Shown here piece after piece: positions 50,050 through 61,009 of a stretch of DNA of 64,000 nt. Both the position numbers and the translations under genes were made by a program. The notes under the pieces were generated by a model. The model saw nothing but the letters and a program-made list of their open reading frames with translations, was not told the origin of the DNA and did not search any database. The DNA comes from Narcine bancroftii (Eukaryota): NCBI RefSeq assembly GCF_036971445.1, contig NC_091480.1, positions 71,548,001 through 71,612,000 on the forward strand, in the 5' to 3' direction. How positions within the stretch are numbered: position 1 is the stretch's first letter; each line of letters starts with the position of its first letter.

Positions 50050-50370
50050 CAGTGATTAACGTGATTCGTTAATCCGGGGAATCGCTTATAGTGTGGGTGT
50101 CTCTGGACCCCAAACATTGATTTTAGGAGCCAGGTTAACAGTGGCGAACAGCCACAAACTCAAAAATGGGTTCTTATGATTCATTTACAAGATGTGGATG
50201 TTAATATGTGGAGTTTAAAGGTCTTAAAGGTCTTATTATAGGGTTTGAGTCACAGTATTCTGTCTTCCTGCTTCCTGAATCGTGACATATATGCATCTGT
50301 TCTGCGACTCGGCTGTAACGCGGTATGAAATCTTGGACCCCAACTACCGTGTTCTAATGAGGTTTTACTG
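50050..50370. mobile_element. Tc1/pogo (Tigger-like) MITE with TA TSD
   Basis: ta|cagt...gaggttttactg|ta interrupts otherwise contiguous CR1 sequence. Confidence 0.65.
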
Positions 50371-52344
50371 TATTTTCTTACATTGTCTACATTCTTCTAG
50401 TATCTCATTTGCTCTTTGTTGCCTATACCTGCTATTCACTTCTCTCTTCTTCCTAACCAGATTGCCAATATCCCTTGAAATATCCCTATGCCTGTTAACT
50501 TTGCCTTTAATCCTGACAGGAACATGCAAACTCCGCACTCTCAAAATTTTGCCTTTAAAGGCCTTCCACTTACTGAACACATTTTGGCCAGAAAACAACT
50601 TATTCCAATCCACTCTTCTTAGATCCTTTCTTATTTCCACAAAATTGGCCTTTCTCCAATTTAGAATCTCAACTCAAGGACCAGACCTCTCCTTATCCAT
50701 AATTAGCTTGAAATTTGACCCAAAATGTTCACCTTCTGTCACCTGACCTGGTTCTCTTGTAGAAGATCTGAAACAATGGAACCCCGGAACATTGAACTGT
50801 CAGTCCTGCCCTCTTACACCAAGACTCACTAATAGCAATAATGTTGTAATCCCTAGTTCTATCATTATTATCTCTATATATTGATTTAGAAAATTTTCCT
50901 GAACACATTTAACAAATTCCAAGCCATCCAGCCCTTTTACAGTATGGGAGTCCCAGTAAATATGTGTGGAAAGTTAAAATCTCCTGCTATCACAACTTTC
51001 TGTTTTTTAACATTGATCTGCTATCTCTCTACATATTTGTACCTCCAATTCTCTCCAACTATTGGGTGGTCTATAATACAACTCTATCAGTGTGGTCACA
51101 CCTTTCCTGTTCCTCAGCTCCACCCTTATGGCCTCTGTGCCAAGCCCTCTGGGCTGTCCTGCCTAAGCACAGCTGTGATATTTTCCCTGACTAGCAATGC
51201 CATTTCTCCCCCTTTCATCCCTCCCCCTCTATCACATCTGAAACAACAGAACCCCGGAACATTGAACTGCCAGTCTTGCCCCTCTTACACCAAGCAATAA
51301 TGTCGTAATCCCTAGTTCTTGAATTGAAATACACCTGAGAACATTTCTATCACATACAAACCTTTGATTTCTGCAGTCATCACATGACCTTTATCATCCT
51401 CCACATCACTGTCTACACTAGCACTCTGGTTTCCATTCCCATGGCAATCCAGCTTAAGCCCCCCCCAACCAAATCAGCACTAGCAAACCTACCCACAAGG
51501 ATGCTAGTCCCCCTTCAGTTCAGGTACAAAGCATCCCTTTGGAACAGGTCCCACCTTCCCTGGAACAAAGCCCAATTGTCCAGGAACACAAAGCCCTCCC
51601 ACCTGCCCCATCTCCTTAGCTACGTATTTAGCTGCATTAACTTCCTATTTTTAGCCTCACCATAGCACCAGGGAGGCAACGGACCATCCGGGATTCTCTA
51701 CACTTGATCTTAGCCAAAAGGCCGATCTGGGAATCTCGATCTCTCCCACAGAACCTCTTATCTGTCCCCCTAACTATCGAATCCCCTATCACCACTGCTC
51801 TCCTCTATTCCCTCCTTCTGTTCTGAGCTGAGGGTCCAGTCTGGGTGCCAGAGACGTGACCACTACAGATTAATTGGCCAATATAAATTGCCTCTTGTGT
51901 GTAGGTTATTCCAGAGTGGGGGGAGGGGGTGGAGGGTGAGGGAAGAGGAGGGGGGTTTGATGGGAATGTGGGGAGAATAAAAAATGATCAGCACAGGACT
52001 AAAGTAAATAGGTGCCTGATTGTTAGCGAGTACTCAATGAGTCAAAGGGCCTACTTCCATGCTGTGTGGCTCCATAAGAACACAAGTGATATCACTGGTT
52101 TCTAGGGTGATACCTATCCCTCATCAGCAGCAGAAAATAAGTTATTTTTAATTTTAATTTAGACATACAGCACGCAGGCCCATGCAAAGCTGGTAATATG
52201 CCTGAGTCAGATGGGAAATGTAGGCCCCATTTCAAACTGCTCATTAAGTATTTTTGTAATAATTGCTAAATATATATGATTTATGTAGGGGTATATACAT
52301 GTACGTGTAGTGTAAATGATGTACTTATAAGTAACAGAACTGAA

Positions 52345-53345
52345 CATGCAGTGAAGGGGAGGGCATTAGGAATGCAGAGGAATGGAGAGATCTTGGAATA
52401 AAGATGAAAATGGATTCTCATGTAGATAGGGTGGTAAAGAAGGCTTTTGGTAGGCTGGCCTTTATAAATCAAAGCCTAGAATATAGGAGCTGGGAAGTGA
52501 TGTTGAGACTGTTCAAGGCATTGATGAGGCCAAATTTGGAATACTGTGTGCAGCTCTGGTCCCCAAATTATAGGAAGGATATCAATAAGGTGGAGAGGGG
52601 GCAGAAAAGATTTACTAAAATGTTGCCTGGATTGCAGTGTGATAATATGCTGCAGTACATCACTTGGCTACCAGGTGGCCTAGAGACACGGCACCTGACC
52701 TAATGACATCCAACCACCAGGTGGTCCCAGAGGGCCCATGGTTTAAAGCTGAGGTCCCGACTGTATGCTCTCTCTTTCTCCCCCGGGATCACAGTAAGCA
52801 CAGCTAGCAACCAACTAGATATTTATGTGAGTGGAATAAAGCTGTGTTGCCCCAAACAGTATTGTGTCTGTATTTTCCTTTGGTGCAGCCTGCCACATGC
52901 AGTATTTAGAATACAAAGAAAGACTGAGTAGACAGGGTGTTTTTTCATTGGAGCATAGAAGGTTGAGGGGGGTTTTGATAGAGGTTTTTAAAATTATGAG
53001 GGGTTTAGACAGAGTAGATGTGAATAGGCTCTTCCCCTTGAGGGTAGGTGAGATTGGAACAAGGGGTCATGTTAAGGGTTAGGGAAAAAGTTAGAATAAC
53101 ATGTGGGGAAACTTTTTCACTCAGAGAGTTGTGGCTGAGTGGAATGACCTTCCGGAAGAGGTGGTTGCAGAAGGATCATTTTTGTCATTTAAGAGAAGGT
53201 TGGATGAGTGCATGAATGTGAGGGGATTGGAGGGTTATGGGCAGGGAGAAGGTAGGTGGGACTAGTGGAGTTCACTTAAATCGGTGCGGACTAGAAGGGC
53301 TGAGATGTCCTGTTTCCGTACTGTAATTGTTATGTGGTTATATGG
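52345..53345 (+). mobile_element. CR1 LINE 3' end interrupted by a solo LTR
   Basis: ORFs 52404..52703 and 52864..53082 join across the insertion. Confidence 0.88.
52638..52897 (+). mobile_element. Solo LTR, TSD TGCAG
   Basis: TGTGAT...GCCACA termini, AATAAA, and a perfect 5-bp TSD that restores the CR1 frame LPGLQ|YLEY. Confidence 0.9.
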
Positions 53346-53499
53346 ATAAAAGGACTAGCATGATTTATAAAAAAGTAATGGCAAGCAATTTTATTCAAAA
53401 TGTATAGAAGACAATAGAACACAGTAGTGCAATAAGAAGCAGTTAATACAATATTCTGTATTCGGAATTTCAGATCATAAATAGTCATCACTTCTTCCC

Positions 53500-55070
53500 A
53501 TTCAGAAATGCTTTATGTGTTTTTCTTTTGTCAAATTCATCAATTACACCAGAAACATCGAGCAACTTTGCCTTGTTACTGTTGATGTTCAAAATTGTAA
53601 TCCATTCAAAAGTTCTTGCACCATTGTTGTCCCAAATTCATTTAAATTAATTTTTTGGACACTGAAGCTTCTCTCATTGTTGTTGCTGCCAAAAATGACA
53701 CAAAAAGACACAACACAATGAGGACATTTGGGAAAACATTACCCGATCTCAAGTTCAATATTTGACCATAAGTTTTCTTCGGTAACACAGCATTGAGTTT
53801 GAAATTCACATCAAAAATTCTTTTAAGAAGAGACATTCCTCTGAATGTCTCTTGAAATATGACTTGGGGATCGCAGCTGAAACCCTAACCCTAGCGTTTT
53901 GTAACAACTCATTCTCATCAAACTGTTTAAAGTGCCACAAAACATCAAAGAGTCCACAAATGTCCCTGACAGCAGAAAAGCGACATGAAAGGCCATCGAT
54001 AACAAAGTCATTTATGTTGAAAACTCATTCATCCTGAAGTAATTGAGTTGGGTACCCCCTGCGAGTAGCAAAACTATCTGCCACACCAGTTTTGATTGCC
54101 GCATGCCATGCTTCTTCAAGTATATCATTTCATTTCTCTCTCGGTTTCAGGATATCTGCCCGGAGTTGATCAATGTTGTCCCTTTCCACGTCCAATGTGG
54201 CCTCAGGAGATTCTATTACTGAGTTGACCTCATGGATCATTGAGAGAACGTTAATCCAAAGGCTGACATCAAAGATGTAATTCAAAGGTATCCAATATTT
54301 TTTGATACCCTGAAGATCAGACTTACACTCTGCTGTCAAATTAGTAACTTCACTCAGCTCAGCCACTGCATTTCTAACAGTATTCAAACATCGTGCAATT
54401 ACTCTCACACTGTCAATTCACACTGATCACCCGATGTACCATCAATAATTCATAAACGGCTGAGTAGTGAAACAATCAGGCTTTGAATAGCTAAAGACTG
54501 GAACACTAACAAACAACCATCCATCTTCTTGACTGATCAGAGCAAAGAGTAGCCTCCAAGGAGCTGTGGGCAGGATTGTTCTCAGGAGGCGTGTCCAGTC
54601 GGGAGCAGCCAATCACGGTGTAACAGTGGTTTGCCACAACACCTTGTCTTTGGCATTTTATGCAGTGAGACAGTATCTTCCAACCGCTGGGGACCCGAAT
54701 AATGCTTTTTTTTTTGCACAGATGATCCACAGATTTCAATGAACTGATTTTGTATTTTATTTGATAGGTTGTGTACTTGGACCAATGTTTCATTTTCCTG
54801 TAACACGTCTAACATGTTCAGCTAATACTGAATCATATTTGCTCAGAAGCAAAACAATCTCCCCAAAAAATTCTATTATGGCTATTTCCAATTTGTTCAG
54901 AAGAACCATTGAAAGCGAGCCCTCTCTCTGATAAAAATAGGATGACATCATACAACGAAGAATTTTCTTCCATTTATTACTTTCAGCCTTGAGCTGGTCA
55001 ACAATATAATTGTCAATTGAGTTGAAGCACTGCTTCAATATAGTTTACCTTGTGTAACTTAGAATTTTCA
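53500..55070 (-). pseudogene. hAT (ZMYM1/DUF4371-type) transposase fossil, internally deleted
   Basis: LFLSERGLAF.G, LL.KYD.VLAEH, YLSNKIQN.FI.ICG, TRW..RIDSV and FPN motifs in broken frames (ORFs 54790..55038, 54130..54408, 53642..53836). Confidence 0.8.
54432..54638 (-). mobile_element. Solo LTR inserted at the hAT TRW motif, degenerate TSD tcacc/acacc
   Basis: Minus-strand TGTGGC start and end similar to family E; interrupts the transposase coding sequence. Confidence 0.75.
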
Positions 55071-56174
55071 TGACTTGGAATGCAATCTTTTAATTTTCTC
55101 CACCCTTTCTCAATACTCCATCCAGGATGACTGGATCACATTAGAAGACACATCCTCCATGGTAAACAACAAACACAATACAGTGATTGCTTCATTTGAC
55201 TCCAACACAGTCAGTCCTGTTTATGTTTCTCTCAAGATGGGTTGGTTTCAGTTATCTGCATTTATTTATCTATATTTTATTTGTATTAATCTTTTATGAA
55301 TATGCTTTAAAATATTAATATTTTGTGCTAAAGGATCCCCCTTTGTCTCTCTTTACAATATCAATATTCTTTACCAAGGCAAAGGGTCCCCCCTATATAG
55401 ATGACACTTTCCTTATTCTAATATACCCTAATTTCAAAGTATCATCTTCCAAAAGTGTGAGCTGCGATATTCCAAATTTCAATCTCTTTAATCCAACAAA
55501 TCAAACTCTGTGGTTGTTACTTTATGTAGCTTTAATTCATTGATAAAACAGATAAACATTTTGCATAACTTTGCATTAATACCTTCATAACGATGAATAA
55601 CAAAGCATCTACTGTATGATAGAGATATAAAATGTATATAAAGAAGCTCAAACTTTGAATAGATACATAACAATATTTGAAGAAAGATTTCTCGTGCTCA
55701 TGCTTACTTCACGTGTTGTAAAATAATGAACAAGTCATTAGTCTGTGACATATTACATTATAGTCACTATGGTGACACTACAAACAATAGAGCTCTTAAA
55801 CAGACAGGCACAAAATTAACAAAGAGTTAAAGATCATAAGGTTTTAACTTTTACACCTTTTGCCTCTACCAGGAGGGAGCAGGCTACCTCAAAATCGTAG
55901 GCACATGCCAACTGGCCCACCTGGCCCCACCCTCTGTTCTGGCCTAACAGCACAGTAACAGGCTCTTCTGAGCCTGTTTTGAAGGGTGGGAAGAAACTGG
56001 AGCACCAGAGAAAACACACGCAGATATGGGGAGAACGTACAAACTCTTTACAGTCAGTGGCGGATTTGAAATTTCTGGTGCTGTGACAGCATTGCGCTAA
56101 CTGCTGTCTGTGATCTTTTAATACATAAATTAATCGTTGTGGATTCCACATTACAGCCACAACTATAGAGGTTT

Positions 56175-57243
56175 AGTGGCCACAGATGGTGACATTGTCG
56201 AGGTATGGGAAAGTGGCCCGCAGTCTGTGTTCATCCACCATCCGATCCAGTTCCTTCTGAAAGACAAACTCCATTCGTGACTCCAAAGGGACCCTCAGGA
56301 AATGGTAAAGAGGCCATCCCCCTCGAAGATGGTATATTCCCAAGATGGCAGCCCTCGTGTTCCCCATGAGGTGGCTGCCTGTTTGCTGGAGAACGATTCA
56401 GTGTTGTGGACGGCCACCTCTAGAGTGTTCACTAGTTCAATGGTTTGAGTCGGCTCAGTTGTCTCTGTTCGAGTAGCCTCTGCCTCACATAGTCGGAGCA
56501 GACGCCTGTGTTACAGGCGTCTCTGATCAGCAGCTGTGTGTGCTGTTCTGCACCCACAGCCTGGCAGTTACAGTACCTTGCGAGCTCCTGCAGGGCCCTG
56601 ATAACGTCATTGAAGGTTTCCCCAGGTCGCTGCCTGCGCGAGTGGAGTGTGTGCCACACGTAGACCTCATTCACCTGGACTTTATACTGGTCCTTCAGGA
56701 TGTCCATGGGATCTCTGTACGTCTGGCACTCCTGGACCATCTGGTAGACCCGGTGCCCGATGTATAAGAATAGCAAATGGATCTTGTCCTCGTCGACCTG
56801 GATCGCAGCTGTGGAAGCTGTGAGGAACTTTTCGAAACAGTGGCTCAAGAGTGCGAACTTGTCGGCTGCCTCATGTTCTCTGGGTCAATTTCCAGGCGAT
56901 CCAACTTCATGTACTTGTTCATGTTCCGAAAAAAATTTTGCAAATAAAATTGATGTGCAATCAATTGCACAAAGACTGAAGTTGCCAAGACTGAAGGCTT
57001 TTATTTACAAGAGATGGTCAGCATCCCTGTGTTGGTCGTTCACACTGACCTGGACTCGAACTGGGGGCGGGCTTGTGGTATGACAGGCTTTATGGAGAAG
57101 AAAGGGGAAGGAGTCACGAGCTGGCCAGTGAGAGCAGGGTACAATAGTGGTTTCACCACTTTCACCCCCTCGTTTAAAAGAAAGTCCCGAGGGGTGTGGT
57201 GTGTTCAGCCAACCCTCAGATGAGTGATAGTGGTTTCACAACA
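56175..57243 (-). mobile_element. Family C Gypsy relic: LTR stub (57243), 3' UTR/PPT (57161-57215), LTR (56951-57160), gag (~56920-56430) and RT fragment (~56330-56175)
   Basis: LTR and 3' UTR homologous to 20643-20920. ORFs 56432..56848 (gag) and 56173..56367 (TFPYLDNVTICGH). Confidence 0.88.
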
Positions 57244-57494
57244 GCAAGTAAGAATTTCAGTGTATTTGTACATTGTACAATGTGCATGGCAGGGAATTTA
57301 TTGTCAGTAAAGTACTGTATCATGATCAAGCTGCCAAATCTTCCAAAGCCAGCCTGAAATCTGGCCAAAGCCACAAGAGGGCACCCTCTCATGCAAACTG
57401 GGGAAGTCCACCCCATGCCAAAGAGCTGAAAGCAGTGACGATCACAAATTCAATTCCAAACAAAAAGTGACAGCAAAAGTGACCTTTTGCTTCC

Positions 57495-57850
57495 CTCATT
57501 TTAATTAGTGAGCAGCTCTCCTGTAAAAGCTCTTGTTTATTTTTGCGTAAGCGCATTCAATCAGGGCAGAACTTCATTTCAAGGACACTGTACTGTTCTT
57601 GGAAACATTAATATTGCCTCAGCGCTGAAGAGGCACACTAAATTGTATGACTTGAACATGTCTTTGCCAATTAGAAAGCACGCCAGCGTGCCATTTGTAA
57701 TCCGCATCAGTTTTCCGACTTTTATTGAAATTGCTCAGAGATCCAGATCACGTGAGCATCTGCTCTCTCCCGTAATCACATAATCTCTGCTAGCAATGCA
57801 AACAGTTAATTTAATCAGTGGAGTATCAAAGAGGGAGTTTAGTTTGAAAA
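57495..57850. promoter_or_regulatory. Candidate conserved non-coding element / enhancer
   Basis: Apparently non-repetitive island with clustered TAAT/ATTA, FOX-like TGTTTAT, E-box CACGTG and TCF ATCAAAG motifs. Conservation not tested. Confidence 0.35.
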
Positions 57851-58949
57851 TATTGAATCAAGAGATTCCTTGGAAGCCCAGGCTTAAACCCTTGCACTAA
57901 CTCCCACAGCACTGCATCAATTGAGTATGCCGACTTTGGTTTTAATTTCAAAGGTATTAGAACTATAAACGTACTGAAAATGTGTGCTACGTTGGGCAGC
58001 ATTGGTGGAGAAAGAATCGATGTATATTAGGGCAATGACTTTCATCAAGGAATTTCTTCTGATCTTGCTCGACAGCAGGTTCACCCCAAATTCCCCACCC
58101 CCTGTTCTGCCAAATAGTTTTCCTCATGACCATTAATTGTTCAGAATCAGAAATGATCGTTACAAACATGTCACGAAATTCACTGGCTTGCAGCAGCATT
58201 ACAGTTCAAAGGTTTATATGAACCCAATTACAAAATAAATAAATAAAAATAGTGCAATGAAAGGAAAAAATATATAGTAAGTCTGTGGTTCACTGCTCAT
58301 TCAGGAATCTGATGGCAGAGGGGAAGAAGCTGTCCTTGTGCCGCTGAGTGCTCGTCTTCAGGCTCCTGCACTTTTTTACCGATGTAGCAGGGTGAAGGGG
58401 GGATGGGTGGTGGGGTTCTTTGAGGATAGGGGCTGCTCCCCACAAACAATGACCAACCTGATGAAAATGGTTCCAGCATTTCGATTTTGATTGCCAACAG
58501 CTGCAAATATATTCATATAACATTATGAATGGGCAGATTTAAATGTTCATGGTTAAGTGGTGTGACAGACTGGCCCATTTGTCTTCATATTTCTCAGAGT
58601 TAGTGATTAAACTGAATGACCTCTGCAATGGGCTTAACATGTTGTGTCTGCCAGGATGTTATGAAAGGGTGGAAGTGGACAAGATCTTTCCTTACTGGAG
58701 CAAATTCTGTGCTGTTCTGGTTGCCAAAACACAGGAAAGAAATTAGATACAAGAGAGATTTATGAGCAGCAAAATTATAATTCTGTTCAAAGGTCATTAA
58801 TCTGAGGGGTCGTGGCCCTGTCGATGATCTGAGCAGATGTGTTTTGCAAAAGCTCTCCATAAAATGTATTAAAAATACGGTTTGAAAGCTCAATAATCAG
58901 AATTTCATCATCAAAAATAGATAAAACTAGCTCAACACGACCAAGATAA

Positions 58950-61005
58950 CAAAAAACAAAAACTGAACAAGCAACAGTTCAACCGTTAACATCGAGTGAA
59001 ATCCCGGTGAGGAGCAGCTCAGGGGGGGCCGTGGGACTGGCTGAGTCTAGCAGAGCTGGGTGGTCAGCCCAAGATATAGCCAACATCCTGAATAAGATGG
59101 AAAATTTGTGTACTCGTTTTACCATATATAACAATCACAGTACGGAAACAGGTCATCTTGGTCCCTCTAGTCCACACCGATTTAAATGATCTCCTCTAGT
59201 CCCACCTACCTGCTCCCTGTCCATAACCCTCCAATCCCCTCACATCCATGCACTCATCCAACCTTCTCTTAAATTACAAAATTGACCCTGCTGCAACCAA
59301 AGTCATTCCACTCAGCCACAACTCTCTGAGCAAAGAAGTTTCCCCTCATGTTACTTCTAAACTTTTGCCCCCTAACCCTTAACTTAGGACCCCTCATTCC
59401 AATCTCACCTACCCTCTAGGGGAAGAGCCTATTCACATCCACTCTATCTATTCCCCTCATAATTTTAAATACCTCTATCAAATCCCCCCTCAACCTTCTA
59501 CGCTCCAATGAATAAAGACCCAGTCTACTCAATCTTTCTTTGTATTCGAGATACTGCAATCCAGGCAACATTTTAGTAAATCTTCTCTGCACTCTCTCTA
59601 CCTTATTGATACCCTTCCTATAATTTGGGGACCAGAACTGCACACAATATTCCAAATTTGGCCTCACCAATGCCTTGAATAGTCTCAACATCACCTATAT
59701 CACCTATCTATTCTTTGATTTATAAAGGTCAGCCTACCAAAAGCCTTCTTTACCACTCTATCCACATGAGATCCACTTTCAAAGAACAATGAACCATTAT
59801 TCCAAGATCTCTCTGTTCCTCTGCATTCCTCAACACCCTCCCCTTCACTGCACATGTCCTGTTTTGATTATTCTTCCCAAAATGAAGCACCTCATACTTA
59901 TCAATATTAAACTCCATCTGCCATCTTTCAGCCCACTCTTCTAAGCAGTCTAAATCCTCCTGCAGTCTCTGAAAACGATCTTTACTATCCACAACTCCCC
60001 ATATTTTTGTATCGTCCGCATATTTACTAACCCAATTCACCATTCCATTATCAAAATCATTAATGTAAATGACAAACAACAAGGGACCCAACACCAATCC
60101 CTGAGGCCTCCATCCTAACAGATAGTTATCCACCATGACTCTCTAGCATCTACCTTCTAGCCACTGTTGAACCCATTTGACTATCTCAACATTAACACCT
60201 AGCTCCTGAACCTTCCTTACCAATCTTCCATGTGGAACCTTATCAAAGGCCTTACTGAAATCCATATAGACAACATATGCTGCTCTAACCTCTGTCCTTT
60301 TTAGCTTCCTACCTAATTCCCTATATTCATTGTTTAGGACCACTTCACTCTTCGTCCCTATGTCGTTGGTACCAACATGTACCACGACCTCTGGTTTGTT
60401 TCCTTCCCCCCTTTGGATGTCTTGGATATAAGAAGAGTTGAATCAGTGGTAAGAGACATATCAGAAATGGTATTGGAAATTAAAAAAATTGTGGAAAACT
60501 TCACGAAACAAATGACTCATTCAGAGGCTGAGCTGGACAAAACAAAAGAAAGGCCAAAGGTTCGAGAAGAAAACGCAAAAACATGGGACACAGACAGAAA
60601 AGGATTGATGGACAATATTGATTTCTGCAGACGTAACAATGTAAGAATCATTGGACTGAGAGAGGTTATAGAGGGAAAAGACGTGGTGAGTTTCTTTGAA
60701 ACATGGATCTCACAAATGCTGGGACAAAATAAGTTAAATGCAAAGCTGCAAATCGAAAGGGCTCATCAGACCCTCGGACTCAGAAGAACCGGCAAACAGC
60801 GAACCCAACCAGACCTGCTAAGACTTTTAAGTTACTGAGAGAGATGCGATCTTGGCAGCAGCTTATGAATATTCAAAAAATAATAATGGCCTATTAATGG
60901 TGGACAATACAAAAATAATGTATTTCCAGGACTTCAGCCCTGCCTTGGTCAAACAAAGAAAGGAATTTGATGAGGTAAAGAGACAACTGCAATATAAAAA
61001 CTTTA
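58950..61005 (+). mobile_element. L1-clade ORF1 relic split by a CR1 insertion
   Basis: RRNNVRIIGL.E..EG.D...F, IERAH and FQDFS..LVKQRKEF (ORFs 60377..60838, 60852..61040). Probable N-terminal part at 59007-59120. Confidence 0.75.
59121..60420 (-). mobile_element. CR1 LINE (internally deleted), same subfamily as 52345-53345
   Basis: ORFs 59416..59694, 59750..60136 (YADDTK) and 60143..60385 (HVGTND). Confidence 0.88.
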
Positions 61006-61009
61006 AATA

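Larger units (their letters stand above)
46790..51830 (-). mobile_element. Long degraded CR1 LINE (EN-RT), interrupted by an L1 3' segment (~48502-49960) and a Tc1/pogo MITE (50050-50370)
   Basis: ORFs 47184..47756 (VPQGSVLGPLLF..YI, FADDTK), 47784..48053, 48054..48254 and 50365..50640. Confidence 0.88.

Noticed and set aside
50766-51320. ~90-bp direct duplication (50766-50860 vs 51236-51320)
   Set aside because: Local rearrangement within a dead CR1 endonuclease region with no sign of function.
53500-55070. ZMYM1-like host gene
   Set aside because: Broken frames, an internal deletion and an LTR insertion indicate a hAT transposase relic.
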